A stretch of 64,000 bases of DNA from Octopus sinensis (lineage: Eukaryota), in NCBI RefSeq assembly GCF_006345805.1, contig NC_043006.1, positions 56,668,001 to 56,732,000 of the forward strand, given 5' to 3'. Below the pieces are notes generated by a model. That model did no database searches. It saw only the letters and a program-made list of their open reading frames with translations, and was not told the origin of the DNA. Positions 50,966 to 64,000 of this stretch are shown here, one piece after another. The position numbers were made by a program, and so were the translations under genes. The first letter of the stretch is position 1. Every line of letters starts with the position of its first letter.

Positions 50966-51840
50966 AGATCGTTTGGCAAAAGCTGAATGCTCAGATATCA
51001 TCTTTTACAGGAGAGTCCATCATATATAATGCAGACTTGGCTGTGTGGTTAAAAAGTTTGTTCCCAACTATAATACATTGGGTTCAATCCTACTGTATGA
51101 CAACTTGGGCAAGTGTCTTCTACTATAACTCTAGGTGAACCAAAGCCTTGTGACTAGATTTGGTTGATGGAAACTGAAAACACCCAGTTTTATATGTGTG
51201 TGTGTATGTGTGTATATGTCTGTGTCGTTATCTTGACATCATGTGATGGCTGCAAATGAGAATCACTATCTCATAAAGCAGTGTTGCTTGTTTCCAGTCT
51301 TCCATGGTGAAATATTGGTTTCGAATTTTGACACAAGGCCAGCAATTTTAGGGGAGGGGTAAGTGGATTATATTGACCTCAGTGCTCAACTGGCACTTGT
51401 TTTATCAATCCCAAAGGGATGAAAGACAAGGTTGACCATGGCAGAATTTGAACTCAGAATGTACACAGATGAAATGGCACTAAGTTGTATTGGCCATTGC
51501 CTTTCTCTTGGACAGCATGAGTGGTGTGGAGAGAGGAGGCTGATATGCATAGGTGACAGCTGGTCTTCCACAAAATAATCTTGGCCGGACTTGGGCCTCG
51601 GAGGAGAACTTTCTCGGCATAATCTCATGGTCATTCGTGATCGATAGGGTTTTTTTTATCCTTTACCCTTTTATCAATATTATTTCCGCCAAGGTCGATT
51701 TTGTCTTTCGGGGTCGGTTAAATAAATACCAGTTACGCACTGGAGTCGATGTAATCGACTTAATCTATTCCATCAAATTTGAGGCCTTGTGCTTCAAGTA
51801 GAATGAATTACTATTATTATTATTATTATTATTACTATTA

Positions 51841-51910
<70 letters not shown>

Positions 51911-51914
<4 letters not shown>

Positions 51915-53076
51915 GTTTGACTTTTGCTTTATATTTGTACAATTTGGCTCCAAGTCTCACCCAGAGACCTCAAGAGACAACAGGTTGGAAGTCCACGTTG
52001 TTGTTATGCCTAGTGTGTTTTGTTGTTTTTTGTGTTGTACTAGTGGATGTCTAAAAATAAGTTTGTTTTAAACCTTGAGATTACATAGAAAATATTTTGC
52101 GTAGGATATGAGCAGTTCTCATGAGCACTATCTTTTGAATTTCTGCCATTTTGGGGTTTCCTGGTATCTGAGTTAGGTAGCAATCAGCCCGTTTTGCTAT
52201 CATTCCCAGGTCACCTATGACAACAGGTATTGTTTTAGTCTTCAGGTTCCACATTTTGCTGATTTCTATTTCAAGATCTTTATATTTGCTCAGTTTTTGG
52301 TAGGTCTTGACAGATACGTTTATATCGATTGGGACAGTCATATCAATGAGGAGGCATGTTCTTTGTTTGAAGTCTTTCAATATGATGTCTGGCCTATTTG
52401 CATCTATCTTTCTGTCAGTTTGAATGGTGAAGTTCCAGAGGAGTGAGATGTGGTCATTTTCAAGCACTGGGGGTGGTTTGTGTTCCCAACAGTTTTTTTT
52501 TTTTCATGGGGCAAATCCAGATTTTTGCAGATTACCCAGTGAATATATTATGCAGCTCTATCATGCCTGTTGAGATACTCTGTAGGCGCTAGAAGACTGC
52601 ACTTGGAGACCACATGATCAATGGTTTCATTTTGTTGCTGACATACACGACATGTTGGGCTACTGCCGATCTTTAATATGTTGGCCTGGTAGTTTCTTGT
52701 TGGTAGGCATTGATCTTGAGCTGCTATGATAAACCCCTCTGTTTCAGATTTTAAGCCAGAGGCCATTAGCCATTGATGGGTCAGGGCTTTGTCAACATCT
52801 GCATTATTCGCTCTTTTTGGGTATTTGCCATAGAGAGGTTTTTCTTGCCATTTATCATTCAGAATATCTAAGGATGCAGATTTAGCACGGGTTTTCGTGC
52901 GCTTAGCTTTTTCTGTGCCTGTTTCTTGTATGTCTATCTCTAATTCCGAAATTTGTTGTATTCGGAATTCACTTAGATATTCTTTTGCCTGTTTTGTTAC
53001 TGAGTATGATGCTTTCTTGTTTTCATGTTTTGAGACAAGTTTTAACATCCAGTCCTCAGAGTTTTTCAGGTAGGTA

Positions 53077-53080
<4 letters not shown>
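51911..53080 (-). mobile_element. 3' fragment of an R4/Dong-clade retrotransposon (CCHC + restriction-like endonuclease) in (TAA)n
   Basis: WQEKPLYGKY..ETEGFIIAAQDQCL..CRVCQQQNETIDHVVSKC..RHD; LLWNFTIQTDRKIDANRPDII..LLIDMTVP..KLSKYKDL..IPVVIGDLG. (TAA)n lies at both ends. Confidence 0.9.
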
Positions 53081-53129
<49 letters not shown>

Positions 53130-53131
53130 TA

Positions 53132-53159
<28 letters not shown>

Positions 53160-53163
<4 letters not shown>

Positions 53164-54325
53164 GTTTGACTTTTGCTTTATATTTGTACAATTTGGCTCC
53201 AAGTCTCACCCAGAGACCTCAAGAGACAACAGGTTGGAAGTCCACGTTGTTGTTATGCCTAGTGTGTTTTGTTGTTTTTTGTGTTGTACTAGTGGATGTC
53301 TAAAAATAAGTTTGTTTTAAACCTTGAGATTACATAGAAAATATTTTGCGTAGGATATGAGCAGTTCTCATGAGCACTATCTTTTGAATTTCTGCCATTT
53401 TGGGGTTTCCTGGTATCTGAGTTAGGTAGCAATCAGCCCGTTTTGCTATCATTCCCAGGTCACCTATGACAACAGGTATTGTTTTAGTCTTCAGGTTCCA
53501 CATTTTGCTGATTTCTATTTCAAGATCTTTATATTTGCTCAGTTTTTGGTAGGTCTTGACAGATACGTTTATATCGATTGGGACAGTCATATCAATGAGG
53601 AGGCATGTTCTTTGTTTGAAGTCTTTCAATATGATGTCTGGCCTATTTGCATCTATCTTTCTGTCAGTTTGAATGGTGAAGTTCCAGAGGAGTGAGATGT
53701 GGTCATTTTCAAGCACTGGGGGTGGTTTGTGTTCCCAACAGTTTTTTTTTTTTCATGGGGCAAATCCAGATTTTTGCAGATTACCCAGTGAATATATTAT
53801 GCAGCTCTATCATGCCTGTTGAGATACTCTGTAGGCGCTAGAAGACTGCACTTGGAGACCACATGATCAATGGTTTCATTTTGTTGCTGACATACACGAC
53901 ATGTTGGGCTACTGCCGATCTTTAATATGTTGGCCTGGTAGTTTCTTGTTGGTAGGCATTGATCTTGAGCTGCTATGATAAACCCCTCTGTTTCAGATTT
54001 TAAGCCAGAGGCCATTAGCCATTGATGGGTCAGGGCTTTGTCAACATCTGCATTATTCGCTCTTTTTGGGTATTTGCCATAGAGAGGTTTTTCTTGCCAT
54101 TTATCATTCAGAATATCTAAGGATGCAGATTTAGCACGGGTTTTCGTGCGCTTAGCTTTTTCTGTGCCTGTTTCTTGTATGTCTATCTCTAATTCCGAAA
54201 TTTGTTGTATTCGGAATTCACTTAGATATTCTTTTGCCTGTTTTGTTACTGAGTATGATGCTTTCTTGTTTTCATGTTTTGAGACAAGTTTTAACATCCA
54301 GTCCTCAGAGTTTTTCAGGTAGGTA

Positions 54326-54329
<4 letters not shown>
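53160..54329 (-). mobile_element. Identical duplicate of the R4/Dong fragment
   Basis: Offset 1249 bp, with the same 5' truncation and the same TAA nonsense codon after RHDRAA. Confidence 0.9.
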
Positions 54330-54382
<53 letters not shown>

Positions 54383-54385
<3 letters not shown>

Positions 54386-55190
54386 TTTTTCTTTCTTTCT
54401 TCAAATTTTCTTCCGTTTCTCGCCGAGTGTTTTCCATACACCTAGGGCAGAGAAGCTCATTGTATGCATTCCCAGATTACACACGCAAATTCGCAGATAA
54501 AATATGTATTTAAAAATTAATAAATAAATAAATTCATGGATGGATGTTGTTTTCACAGCGATAATTCTCTTCTCAGTACATGAGCCGTTCCAGTTAATAC
54601 GATTTTTTGAACTTCCTGTTGGGATGGTAAGCCTGGAATCATTTTCAAATATGTTTCAGTACCTTTTTTATCATTCCTAGAGATCCTACAATCACTGGTA
54701 CTGTAGTCGCCTTGAGATGCCACATTTTTTCAATATCTATTAGCAGGTCTTTATATTTACTAATCTTGTCAAATTCTTTCGGCGTTATATTGTGATCGCA
54801 AGGGATACTCATTTCAATTAATAAACACATCTTTTTTGTCTGATCTTTTATAATAATATCCGGTTTATTAGCTTTTATAGTCTTGTCGGTCTGTACGGGG
54901 TAGTCCCATAGAATCGACACATTTTCTCCCTCAGTCACAGCTTCAGGATGGTGTTTATACCATTTGTCAGCGGTTTTGATTTTATAATACCGACATATTG
55001 TCCAATGTAAATACTGGCCGACTCTGTCATGTCTTGCTTTATATTCTGCAGGTGCTAAGACTCTACACCCTGAGATTAGGTGGTCTATTGTTTCAATCTC
55101 ATAGTTACAGAATCGGCATTTTGGGTCAGCTCCATTTTTTATCACATTGGCTTAGTAGTTCCGGGCTAATAAGCTTTGGTCTTAAGCAGC
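54383..55190 (-). mobile_element. 3' fragment of a second R4/Dong-clade family in (TAA)n
   Basis: DPKCRFCNYEIETIDHLISGC..RHDRVG..ILWDYPVQTDKTIKANKPDIII..LIEMSIP..KISKYKDL..VPVIVGSLG. (TAA)n lies at both ends. Confidence 0.88.
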
Positions 55191-55202
55191 TAATATTATT
55201 AA

Positions 55203-55255
<53 letters not shown>

Positions 55256-55590
55256 CTTCGTAACGCAGTGTAGGTAAAAATGCACCAGAGTCTTTAGTCA
55301 TCTGTCAAGTAACAACAAAGACCTCAGACAAATAGTACTTATATTAAGATGTGTTCTGTGCTTAATAAGGCTGCTTTTTGCAAGATATCAATATTGCATG
55401 GGATTTTCAGTTGCCTTAAGAAGTCTTGAAGTTTCAATGGGATTGAGCCTAACGCTCCGATCACCACTGGTATCACTTTTACATTGCCTTCTCGCATTTC
55501 ATACAGTCTTGCCACTTCCACTTTCAGTTCGGAGTACTTGATGATTTTTTCAACCTTTTTTACTCACAACATTCATATCATTTGATATTC
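55256..55590 (-). mobile_element. 3' fragment of a third R4/Dong-like family in (TAA)n
   Basis: EVARLYEM..VKVIPVVIGALGSIP..LQKAALLST, plus a 3' UTR ending in aataataat. Confidence 0.8.
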
Positions 55591-56089
55591 TTATCATTAT
55601 TATTATTATTATTATTATTGAAGACGTCCCACAATATCCAATATTGTGATGTTGTAGATTGAAGATATTGAGTGTACCGCGGGTTTGTACTGTCTGACAA
55701 GTCACAACAATTGGCTCGGGTGCCTTCGATATCGGGCGACCTGCTTTGAAGGGTTTGGGAAACTCAATAGAGGGAGGTCCCACTTCCTAGCAATCTTGCA
55801 TGCAGAGGATCTCTTTCAATGTATAAACATATCTTAAGAAATGTAATGGATCCTCTTCTTTGATAAATAACAATAGATTTCTTCACATTAGCGAAGCAAA
55901 TTCACTCAGATAAAAAGTGGTTTGCTACCCAGTCCCAAAAGCGGCTGCAATTCTATTGGAAATTAATTGTAGCTGTTTATGGGACAACGACAGAGGAAAG
56001 AAAAACGACAAAACTGTCTTTAAAATGTATCTGTGAGAGTATGCGTGTGTGCTTGTGTATGTTTGTGTATGTGTTTATGTGTATGTGTT

Positions 56090-56184
<95 letters not shown>

Positions 56185-56658
56185 GAATGTATATAAAGGG
56201 GGATAAAAAGATTAATGCAAAGAAGCTATTGATTGTTTCTTGTTCAAAGTCCTCTCATCAACGCATAACTTAACGATGACCTTAGATTAACCGCTTGCAG
56301 TTAAAAGCGCGCGCGCAGTTAAAAGCGCGCGCGCAGCCCCCTCCAAACAAATATTGCTACTCGTAAACACGTAAACTTCATTATTTCAGTGAGGCGTTGA
56401 AAACTGGTCTTGTTTTACGAAAGAGCAAGTAAGTAATCAATATGTTCCAAAATATAAGTTTTGAATTTATTTGTAATTATAAAAGTACACCTCAACATCT
56501 CAAAGCATTTTTTCGGCTTTAGAATTATTGCACTTACGTTAACTTTTTTCGTTAAATTGAATCTTTTTCTTTCTTTCTTTTTTTTTTCTCTCAGTATTTT
56601 TAACCATTTTGTCAAATACTCGAAATTACTATAAGGGAATGGGGCAAAATTGGTAACA

Positions 56659-57070
56659 TAGGCGTAGGAGTGGCTGTGTGGTAAGTAGCTTGCTTACGAA
56701 CCAAATGGTTCCGGGTTCAGTCACACTGCGTGGCACCTTAGGCAAGGTCTTCTACTGTAGTCTCGGTCTGACCAAAGCCTTGTGAGGGGATTTGGTAGAC
56801 GGAAACTGAAAGAAGCCCGTCGTATATATGCATATATATATATGTTTGTGTTTGTATATGTTTGTGTGTCTGTGTTTGTCCCCCAACATCGCTTTACAAC
56901 CGATGCTGGTGTATTTACGTCCCCGTAACTTAGCGGTTCGGCAAAATAGACCGATAGAATAAGTGCTAGGTTTACAAAGAATTAAGTCCTAGGGTCGATT
57001 TTCTCGACTAATGGCGGTGCTCCAGCATGACTACACGCAAATGACTGAAACAAGTAAGAGTAAAAGAGTA
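56659..57070 (+). mobile_element. Full-length composite SINE (family A)
   Basis: Same structure as 19647-20105. Confidence 0.88.
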
Positions 57071-57249
57071 ACTGGGGCAAAATGAGTAATTACCAATTTC
57101 TCGTTATTTTCTCACCACCTGTTTGGAACCATTACATTGCAAGTATTGCATCACCGTTTTGTATTGCTGCATAATCTTGTGAGTAAACATTGGCCACCAT
57201 ATCTGTTGTTGCTGTTGTGAGAGTTTGAAACATAGTGATTTGCCAAGCA

Positions 57250-57830
57250 TTTCACAGCAGTCTTGTAGGGTGGTAAGGCTTGCGGTAGCTCTGCATAATC
57301 TTCAGACCTATACACTTGGTCACTGAACCAGTGGTCCGCCCAGTCTTATCAGATGTACTGGTAGACCATATGCAATCTCTCACATGTGACATGAGGAAAA
57401 ATCCAAGAAGGCCTAAGATTGCTCGCGAATTCCATCTGGCATCATTGATGTTCGGAATTTTCTGAAACTTGATAAAAGGTACGTCTCCCATTTCATGGAA
57501 GAACATGAAGGCACGGGTTAAGCGGAACAGAAACTCCATATCATCTCTACAACCAGCTTGATCTTCAATGACATGAGTTCCATTCTGGAAGGCGACTTGG
57601 AACTATTCGTAACTTGTCATGAGTTCTTTAACAAGAAAATATTCAGTGTTGGGTAAATTGCTTGCACCTGCTAGCTCCTCATCCATAACAATGTGCAGGA
57701 TTCTGTTCAAGGTATGATGTTGGCAGCACACGAATAGTGGTTTGTCATAGCCTTTGCTCAAGAACATTCTCTGGAGTCCAGCCACTACTTCACCCTTTCG
57801 TTCTGTATTCATTCATACACATCGTATCAG
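57250..57830 (-). mobile_element. Decayed DDE transposase with a CxxH-type motif (hAT-related, tentative)
   Basis: ADT..MNTERKGEVV..LFVCCQHHTLNRILHIVMD..GCRDDMEFL..FQKIPNINDARWNSRA resembles the DTTxxNTG...CxHH...ARW layout. Family assignment is from memory only. Confidence 0.5.
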
Positions 57831-60800
57831 CAATAACCAATGAGATTGGGGGAGGGGCACACGACCAGGTGATTAACAAGTTCACTTCATAATCCAGACA
57901 TGATAGTGTTGAGTTCAATCCAACTCCATCACAACTTGAGCAAGCATCTTTTAGCTTAGTTTTGGTTTGATTTTTTTTTTGTTTTGTTTTATTTTCTATC
58001 CATGTTGGGTCTGAAAGAAAAGATAGTGCCCATGTCCTTCACGGACTATCTAGATGAGTGAGGTTGATGATAAAGGTCATTGATGTTCCTTGTGAACATT
58101 TGTAAACCAACATCTGTGGGAAAGACATGAGCAGGGAAGGATTTCCTGAGGGAAGCCATTGTGGAGAGGAAGGACTGAGCATAGTGATAAGTGTGAGACC
58201 TTGTAGGTGGTGGTGGACATAAGAGGGATGCTGAGAAGAGAAGAGGCAAGTGAGATGGGAATGTTTTAGAGGGGCTAGCTGCAAGTAGCAGAAGACATAT
58301 AGTACAGTAGAAATGGCACAGAGAAGGGATATAGAAGAAACATGAAGAAATTGGGTGAAGCTGGAAGAAAATTGAAATTTTGAAATGCCAATTTTTTCCA
58401 AGCGTATCGGGTGGTGTCGAGTTGGACAAAAAGAAGTACTCCAATAGAAAGTTTTATCATTTACTTGTTCAAATAGCTAAGCAATATAGATTTTGAACTC
58501 ACAGAAATGCGCGATTCATATATTTTTTTTAATTTCAAGTTTCATTTTTTAGAAAAAAAATCACTTTCAGTTGTATAAAAAAAAAATGAACACTTTAATT
58601 TCACTTTCTGTCACATTTTATCCCTGGAAATTTCTCTGAAAGATATCTTTGCAGAAAGGTGAATAGATTGGTTTATATATTTCTTTCAATTTTTTATCGC
58701 ATCTGTCTCCTGTATTTTCGTTATTTTATCGCATGTTTTGTCCCCAATAAATTCCTATATAATGAAAACCTACACTATCTGAAACATATATGCAGAAAAT
58801 TGTGCAAAAGAAAAAAAGCCAATATGAGAATTATTTGAAACTCCTCTCCACACTGTTCGGAAACTTTTTTCCAAAAAAATTCCGATATAATCGGAATCTA
58901 CACCGTATGAAGAATATATGTAGAAAATTTTATTAAAAAAATATCCATTTTTCTGAAAGTTATGAGGAAACAAATTCGTCGAGAGGGGGACACTTATGTA
59001 GCAATACCTATAAAGTATGTAGAGTTCGTCGGAGATTTGGCTGTTATTCCTAGCATGTAGAAAGAAGGCCTGTTTAATGCGTGGGTTGGAAAACCTCCAC
59101 CCATCCGCAATGACCGAAAGTGTTTTAAAACATCCTGTATATGCCGTACATTCGCGAGGGGTGGGATGGGGTGGTGTTAATTATTATTTTTTTTTTTTGA
59201 AAAATAAAAAACAAATTTATTTTCAGAATCATAATCTCCGTATTTTTCCATGTATTTCACAGAAGTAAAAGATAAAAAAAATTAATTCTGAAAAAAGTGA
59301 AAAAGGAAGAAATTTGGAGGGGTGGGAAATGAAATTTTGAAATGCCAATTTTTTTAGAGATTCGGAATCTCCGTAGCCAAAAACGGGTAAATGGGTTTCT
59401 GTAGAAAAATAAAACGGAAGTGGGTGTGGTAACGTTCCGCCTTGTCCGCCTCACTTTCTTACTCATGTTGTGCCTAGATTTACTGCACCTCTTTTTTTTT
59501 TTTTTTAGGGATAAAACCCTTTTCTTGCAAATATTTTACTGCATCCACCTCCGTTTTCAAAATCTCCTCTTGAGTGATAGAATAAACTGGCTTGAATGTG
59601 GATGCGGCCATTCCAAGCAACAATAAACACAGAAAAACTTCACGAAATATAAGTAAAATATATATGAAAAATAGGTAAAATACTAAGCCACTCGACGAAA
59701 AATATCTACAATAAAATCCTAATTGATAAATATAAATTTTCCAGAAAAATTAAAAAAGTAACAGTGATATACACAAACAAAATGTGCGGGTGAAGTGAAT
59801 CACGTAGTGTGAAGAATCAACACAATGTGTAGTTGTTATGGTAACTAGCTGTTAATGCCTCGCTGTCTGTTGATTGGCTAAAATTACCCAAATTTTCCAA
59901 ACTTTAATTCAAAATAACATAAGATTTTTTAACTTACAAGATAAGTTGAGCGTAAGCAACATTCAGAACTACATCGATACATCAAATTTGAAAACAATCT
60001 GAGCAAAATTAAAGCCCCTGGAGATAAGATTCCTCTTGAAGTTAAGCCCCATTTTGGAGTAAAAAAAACCCCTATAAAATACAGAAGTTTAAATGGGAAG
60101 CCGTATCACTCGTCAGTCAGGTAATTAAAAATAATTGCTTAGGTTTCCATAAATCAAAATTATTTGCCTAAGTTTTTTTCACTTTTATAAATTGATACTT
60201 TAAGTCTTCTCTGCTTGCAGGTAAAAATCGCATAAGGTATTTTCATCACAATGAAACTCTCTCTTTGTTCGCACGGATTAAGGTGAGTACTTGCTTTCTG
60301 TACACACACAAACACACAAACACACACACACATTTACCGTAGTTATATATTTTCATGGAGCATGTAAATTTGTCTGACATAATTATTTCAATTTTTTAAT
60401 ATTTTCATTATAATTATTAATTATTTATCACAATCTAAAATACAATTCATCTGACACACATAAGAAGAGGTAGAGGCAGAGGCTTGGGATCAGTGCAGAC
60501 AGCCTTTGAATGCAAAAATAAATACACTAATTTAGTGCTGAAAAGTGGTACACACGTCCCGTAACAAGATTCTGTCCATACACAGCGTCTGTCTTACCGC
60601 AAGTTTCCGCCATTTTCTTGCCTTATTTTAGAATAAAAAAAGCATAAAATGTCGATTATGTTCGCTATGGTTCTCCGGTTTCGGTGAGATACCAAGCATA
60701 TAAAATACAACTTGTCGAAAGTTCTTTTTGAAATACTTTGAAGCGTGAAATATCTAACAAGTGCGCATGTGCAAGACCAAGCCTGATGTTACCTACTTAT

Positions 60801-62902
60801 AAAAGTGCTCGAAGATTGGTATCGATTACACCCAAACGGACATGTAGGTGAACCCATTATACTTGTTTATGTAAAAAATATTTAACGCATTGAATTATTT
60901 ATTTACCTAAATAAGTAAATATAAATATAGTTATTCTACGAATGAAATGTCTTACTAGTTTTATTTTCCAAGTTGATTGAAAATTAATTAAATATCTTTT
61001 CTTTTTATTGCATTTTCGCCTTATATTTTTCTTTTTTTTTCTTCTCAGTTTAAAGTTACGCCTTTGCCTCCCGAGGAACAGATTTATTTTCATCGTGTTA
61101 CTTGTTTGTCTTATATTTACTTATTTCGTAAGCATCAAATATCTGTATCTAGGAACCATAAATAATGTACTACATGCTGATACCTCCAGACACCCGTTTG
61201 ACTGTGCAGCACTCATAAGACAGGTAAACATCTTTGCTTTACCGTTGATCTGATCTATTCCAAATCTTTAGTCAATAAGTTGAAACATTTTCGTCGGCAC
61301 TGGAAACTATCAGAGGGCAATTTATTACTCGAAAAGGCGTTACTTCGTCATTCTACATGACAACAAAACAACGTAGTAATTTTCAGTTTGTACAGTAATC
61401 TATCCTTTCTATATACTATTTATTATTTATTCTGATGTCTCTCTCTTACCGCATTCTCTGTCTTTTATAATACCCAAACTTGCTGTCAGTTAATTGTGAT
61501 GTTGTTTTGCTCTTATCTTCTCTATTGCATGTTTCTAATCTCGTTTGTTGCGCGTCTCTTAGCTTCCTTATCGTCTGCCACCACATCAGCTATCCGTCAA
61601 TTATCTCCTTTACTAAATGCCTGGCAACTGCTCTCGTATTATTTAAGTATCAACAAACAATCGCCAGTATCTTACTCAAAGTAACGGAGCACAGTCAGGG
61701 TAAAACAAACAGGCCCTGTAGCTATTGTGCAACATCAAAACAGTTATTTTTTTAAACAAAAACTGAAAACTACATAGACTGATTATGTAGATGTTCGATA
61801 ATGAACAGAAAATAAGTGTTGAAACAATAATTTTCATTTACAAACCAGCAGAGTGAGCAATATCAAAAGCAACAATTTTTTTGTAACAGTCGAAGATCAT
61901 AAAGAATTCCTCGATATGGGGTGGACCACAAAAAAAAAAAGAAAAGAAAAAGAGACGAAAGAGATAAGGTATGTTAGAAAATGGCATCTTACTCAATTTT
62001 CGCTTGCAAGGCTGACAGGGGGGTGGGGTGGCATATCTACTTTTGAATTAGCGGCAGGGAAATTTCCATATATTCTCGAAAATAAACCGAGAGATGGTTG
62101 TAGCCGATGTATGGAAAGATGTTTAATCTCTTGACTGAAACAGACATTTGTTAGAATGCGCCTTATGTTTAAAATAATGAGGCGAAGAAGCAAGTACAGG
62201 CCGTGTGCTATAGGCCTACTTATTGGGTCCTGACGCAATACATAGGAAAAATTATAATGATCACAACCAGAGATATTGGCACTAACATTGAATCTGTAGC
62301 GAATCTTGCATGCATGAAGTGGATTCGATCCACCACAGCCAAATTTAAATTAACACTGCTACAGAACTTTTCCCACGATGGAACAATGTTTGGGTTTTTT
62401 GTGACAGCAGTTTTACATTTTGCAGATGCCTTTAGCTAGGCCGAAATAATGTCTTCACTACTTGACCCTTTCTAACCTCTTCTACTTCTCCAAAAGCTAG
62501 CATAGAGATGACAAGACCACCAACTAAATCTGTTGTTCTCAATGATATATCTATCCTTCTGAATATATAAATCAGCACATCCCAAGCAAAAATCAGTTAG
62601 TCACCACTTCGGTGAAGACTCAACCAAGTAGCCACTTCGGTGACGAAGAAGTCTGGCTGACCAGCTAGAACCTTGGTCAGAGGGAGAAATGAAGTTTCTG
62701 TCAGACGACACACAACACTTCTCTCTAGCTCTAATTCTGTTCTCTTACAACATCATTCTATCTGTCTCAGCAATTACTACTAAACAATGAAGAGGACACA
62801 AACAAACTTTACTTCGCATGCTTTTAGATGTATCAAAACCTGCCCGTCGAGGCAAGGTATTGTAACGTAACGGTAAATAAACATTTCCCTAAAACTTTAT
62901 GC

Positions 62903-63820
62903 GGATCTTTTCATTTTGACCGGCATATTTTTAAAATAATTTCCACGTAACTAAACACTTTTAAACTTCGTATACTGGTAGAATGTGTTACATAAAACAT
63001 TTTTTTCTCTTGGCTTTCTTGAGAAAATTCTGTAGTTTGTAAGTTATTTGTTGTTTAATTTCTTGCATTTTGGCAATTTCAATCGATCAATGACGTCTAT
63101 TGAGGTAAATACAATTTCTGCGGTTGTTTGTCAACAACAACTTCTTGCGGTGTCATATCAGTTTGTCACTGTTATTTACGAGAAAAAGATACCCTTCCCC
63201 ACTAAACTTAACCCTAATCCTAACCATAACCCCACATATATAAAAAAAATAAAGATTTTGCAGAAAGTGACGAGCTTCAAATGTAAACAAATACACGTGT
63301 GTGGCCATAAACTTAGGGGTCACACATAAATAGAGCTGGATAACAAAACCGTTCCCTCATTTAGTGTCCACCCATAATTATGACCTTAGTATCGATCTAT
63401 CGCATTTCAATCTGTTTTAGGGTTAGGGGTGGGGGAAGGGTATCTTTTTCTTCAGAAATGTAAATAAACCCAATCTGTTTCTTAAACGAATATATAATAT
63501 GTAATGTGTGTATCTGTGCAACAGAGAGGGAAATTAAAACTGCTTATGTTGTGAACTTAGATTATGTGTTTATTAATAAAAGTTTAATAACGATAATCTT
63601 TTATTCATACGAACGTAACTGATATGACACCGCAAGAAATTGTATTCACCTCAATAGACGTCATTGATTGGTTGAAATTGCCGAAATGCAAGAAATTAAA
63701 CAACAAATAGCTTACAAACTACAGAATTTTCTCAAGAAAGCCAAGAGAAAAAGATGTTTTATGTAACACATTCTACCAGTAAATTTTTAAAAAATCTGTC
63801 GGTCAAAGTGAAAAGATCCC
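62903..63820. mobile_element. Foldback/MITE-like element with ~200-bp inverted arms
   Basis: 62903-63165 is approximately rc(63618-63820). An inner pair, 63180-63225 with 63410-63452, contains ccctaa-like motifs. No credible ORF. Confidence 0.75.
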
Positions 63821-64000
63821 TTTCTGCACTTTATTCTTTTACATATTATACAACATGCAATCATAATAACAAATTATTTCTCCCGTTACAATTGCTGACT
63901 ATCAACATTTAATAACGATAATCTTTCAACTATACAATCCCTACCGTTACAAATCTTTGCTTGTGATCGCCTTTGCAATATCTTTGTGAAAACCGACAAA

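Noticed and set aside
60095-60125. CTGACGA on the minus strand as a hammerhead
   Set aside because: No stem II or GAAA follows.
63195-63430. Interstitial telomere
   Set aside because: Only 2-3 degenerate CCCTAA units, embedded in a foldback element.

Overview
This is eukaryotic, AT-rich, repeat-saturated DNA. The tRNA-derived SINE families and dense (TA)n/(CA)n/(TATG)n/(TTA)n microsatellites match what I recall of Octopus genomes, which is an inference. I could not support any host protein-coding gene. The window is a stack of transposable elements. Non-LTR retrotransposons: a 5'-truncated CR1/L2-type LINE with a near-intact RT, RTE LINE remnants, an L1/Tx1 element (ORF1 + APE), tandem ORF1-only L1/Tx1-like elements, and R4/Dong-clade fragments clustered in (TAA)n. 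Penelope-like elements: two Naiad-type copies and several short hammerhead-ribozyme-bearing inserts with inverted duplications. DNA transposons: mariner/Tc1/maT, hAT, Helitron and MITE/foldback remnants. There are also many SINEs, a 22-bp minisatellite that switches orientation, three local direct duplications and a ~1.7-kb inverted duplication ~16 kb apart. The strongest leads are (1) a young retrozyme-like insertion with an A-B-A'-C-B' structure, (2) a hammerhead core variant UUGAWAA (U3-A8 covariation) at three unrelated loci, (3) ORF1-only elements, one probably intact, (4) a Naiad GIY-YIG nuclease with a large low-complexity insertion, and (5) a minisatellite packed with TCF/LEF-like sites. 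All alignments and counts were done by eye. Many single-base indels suggest residual long-read errors.
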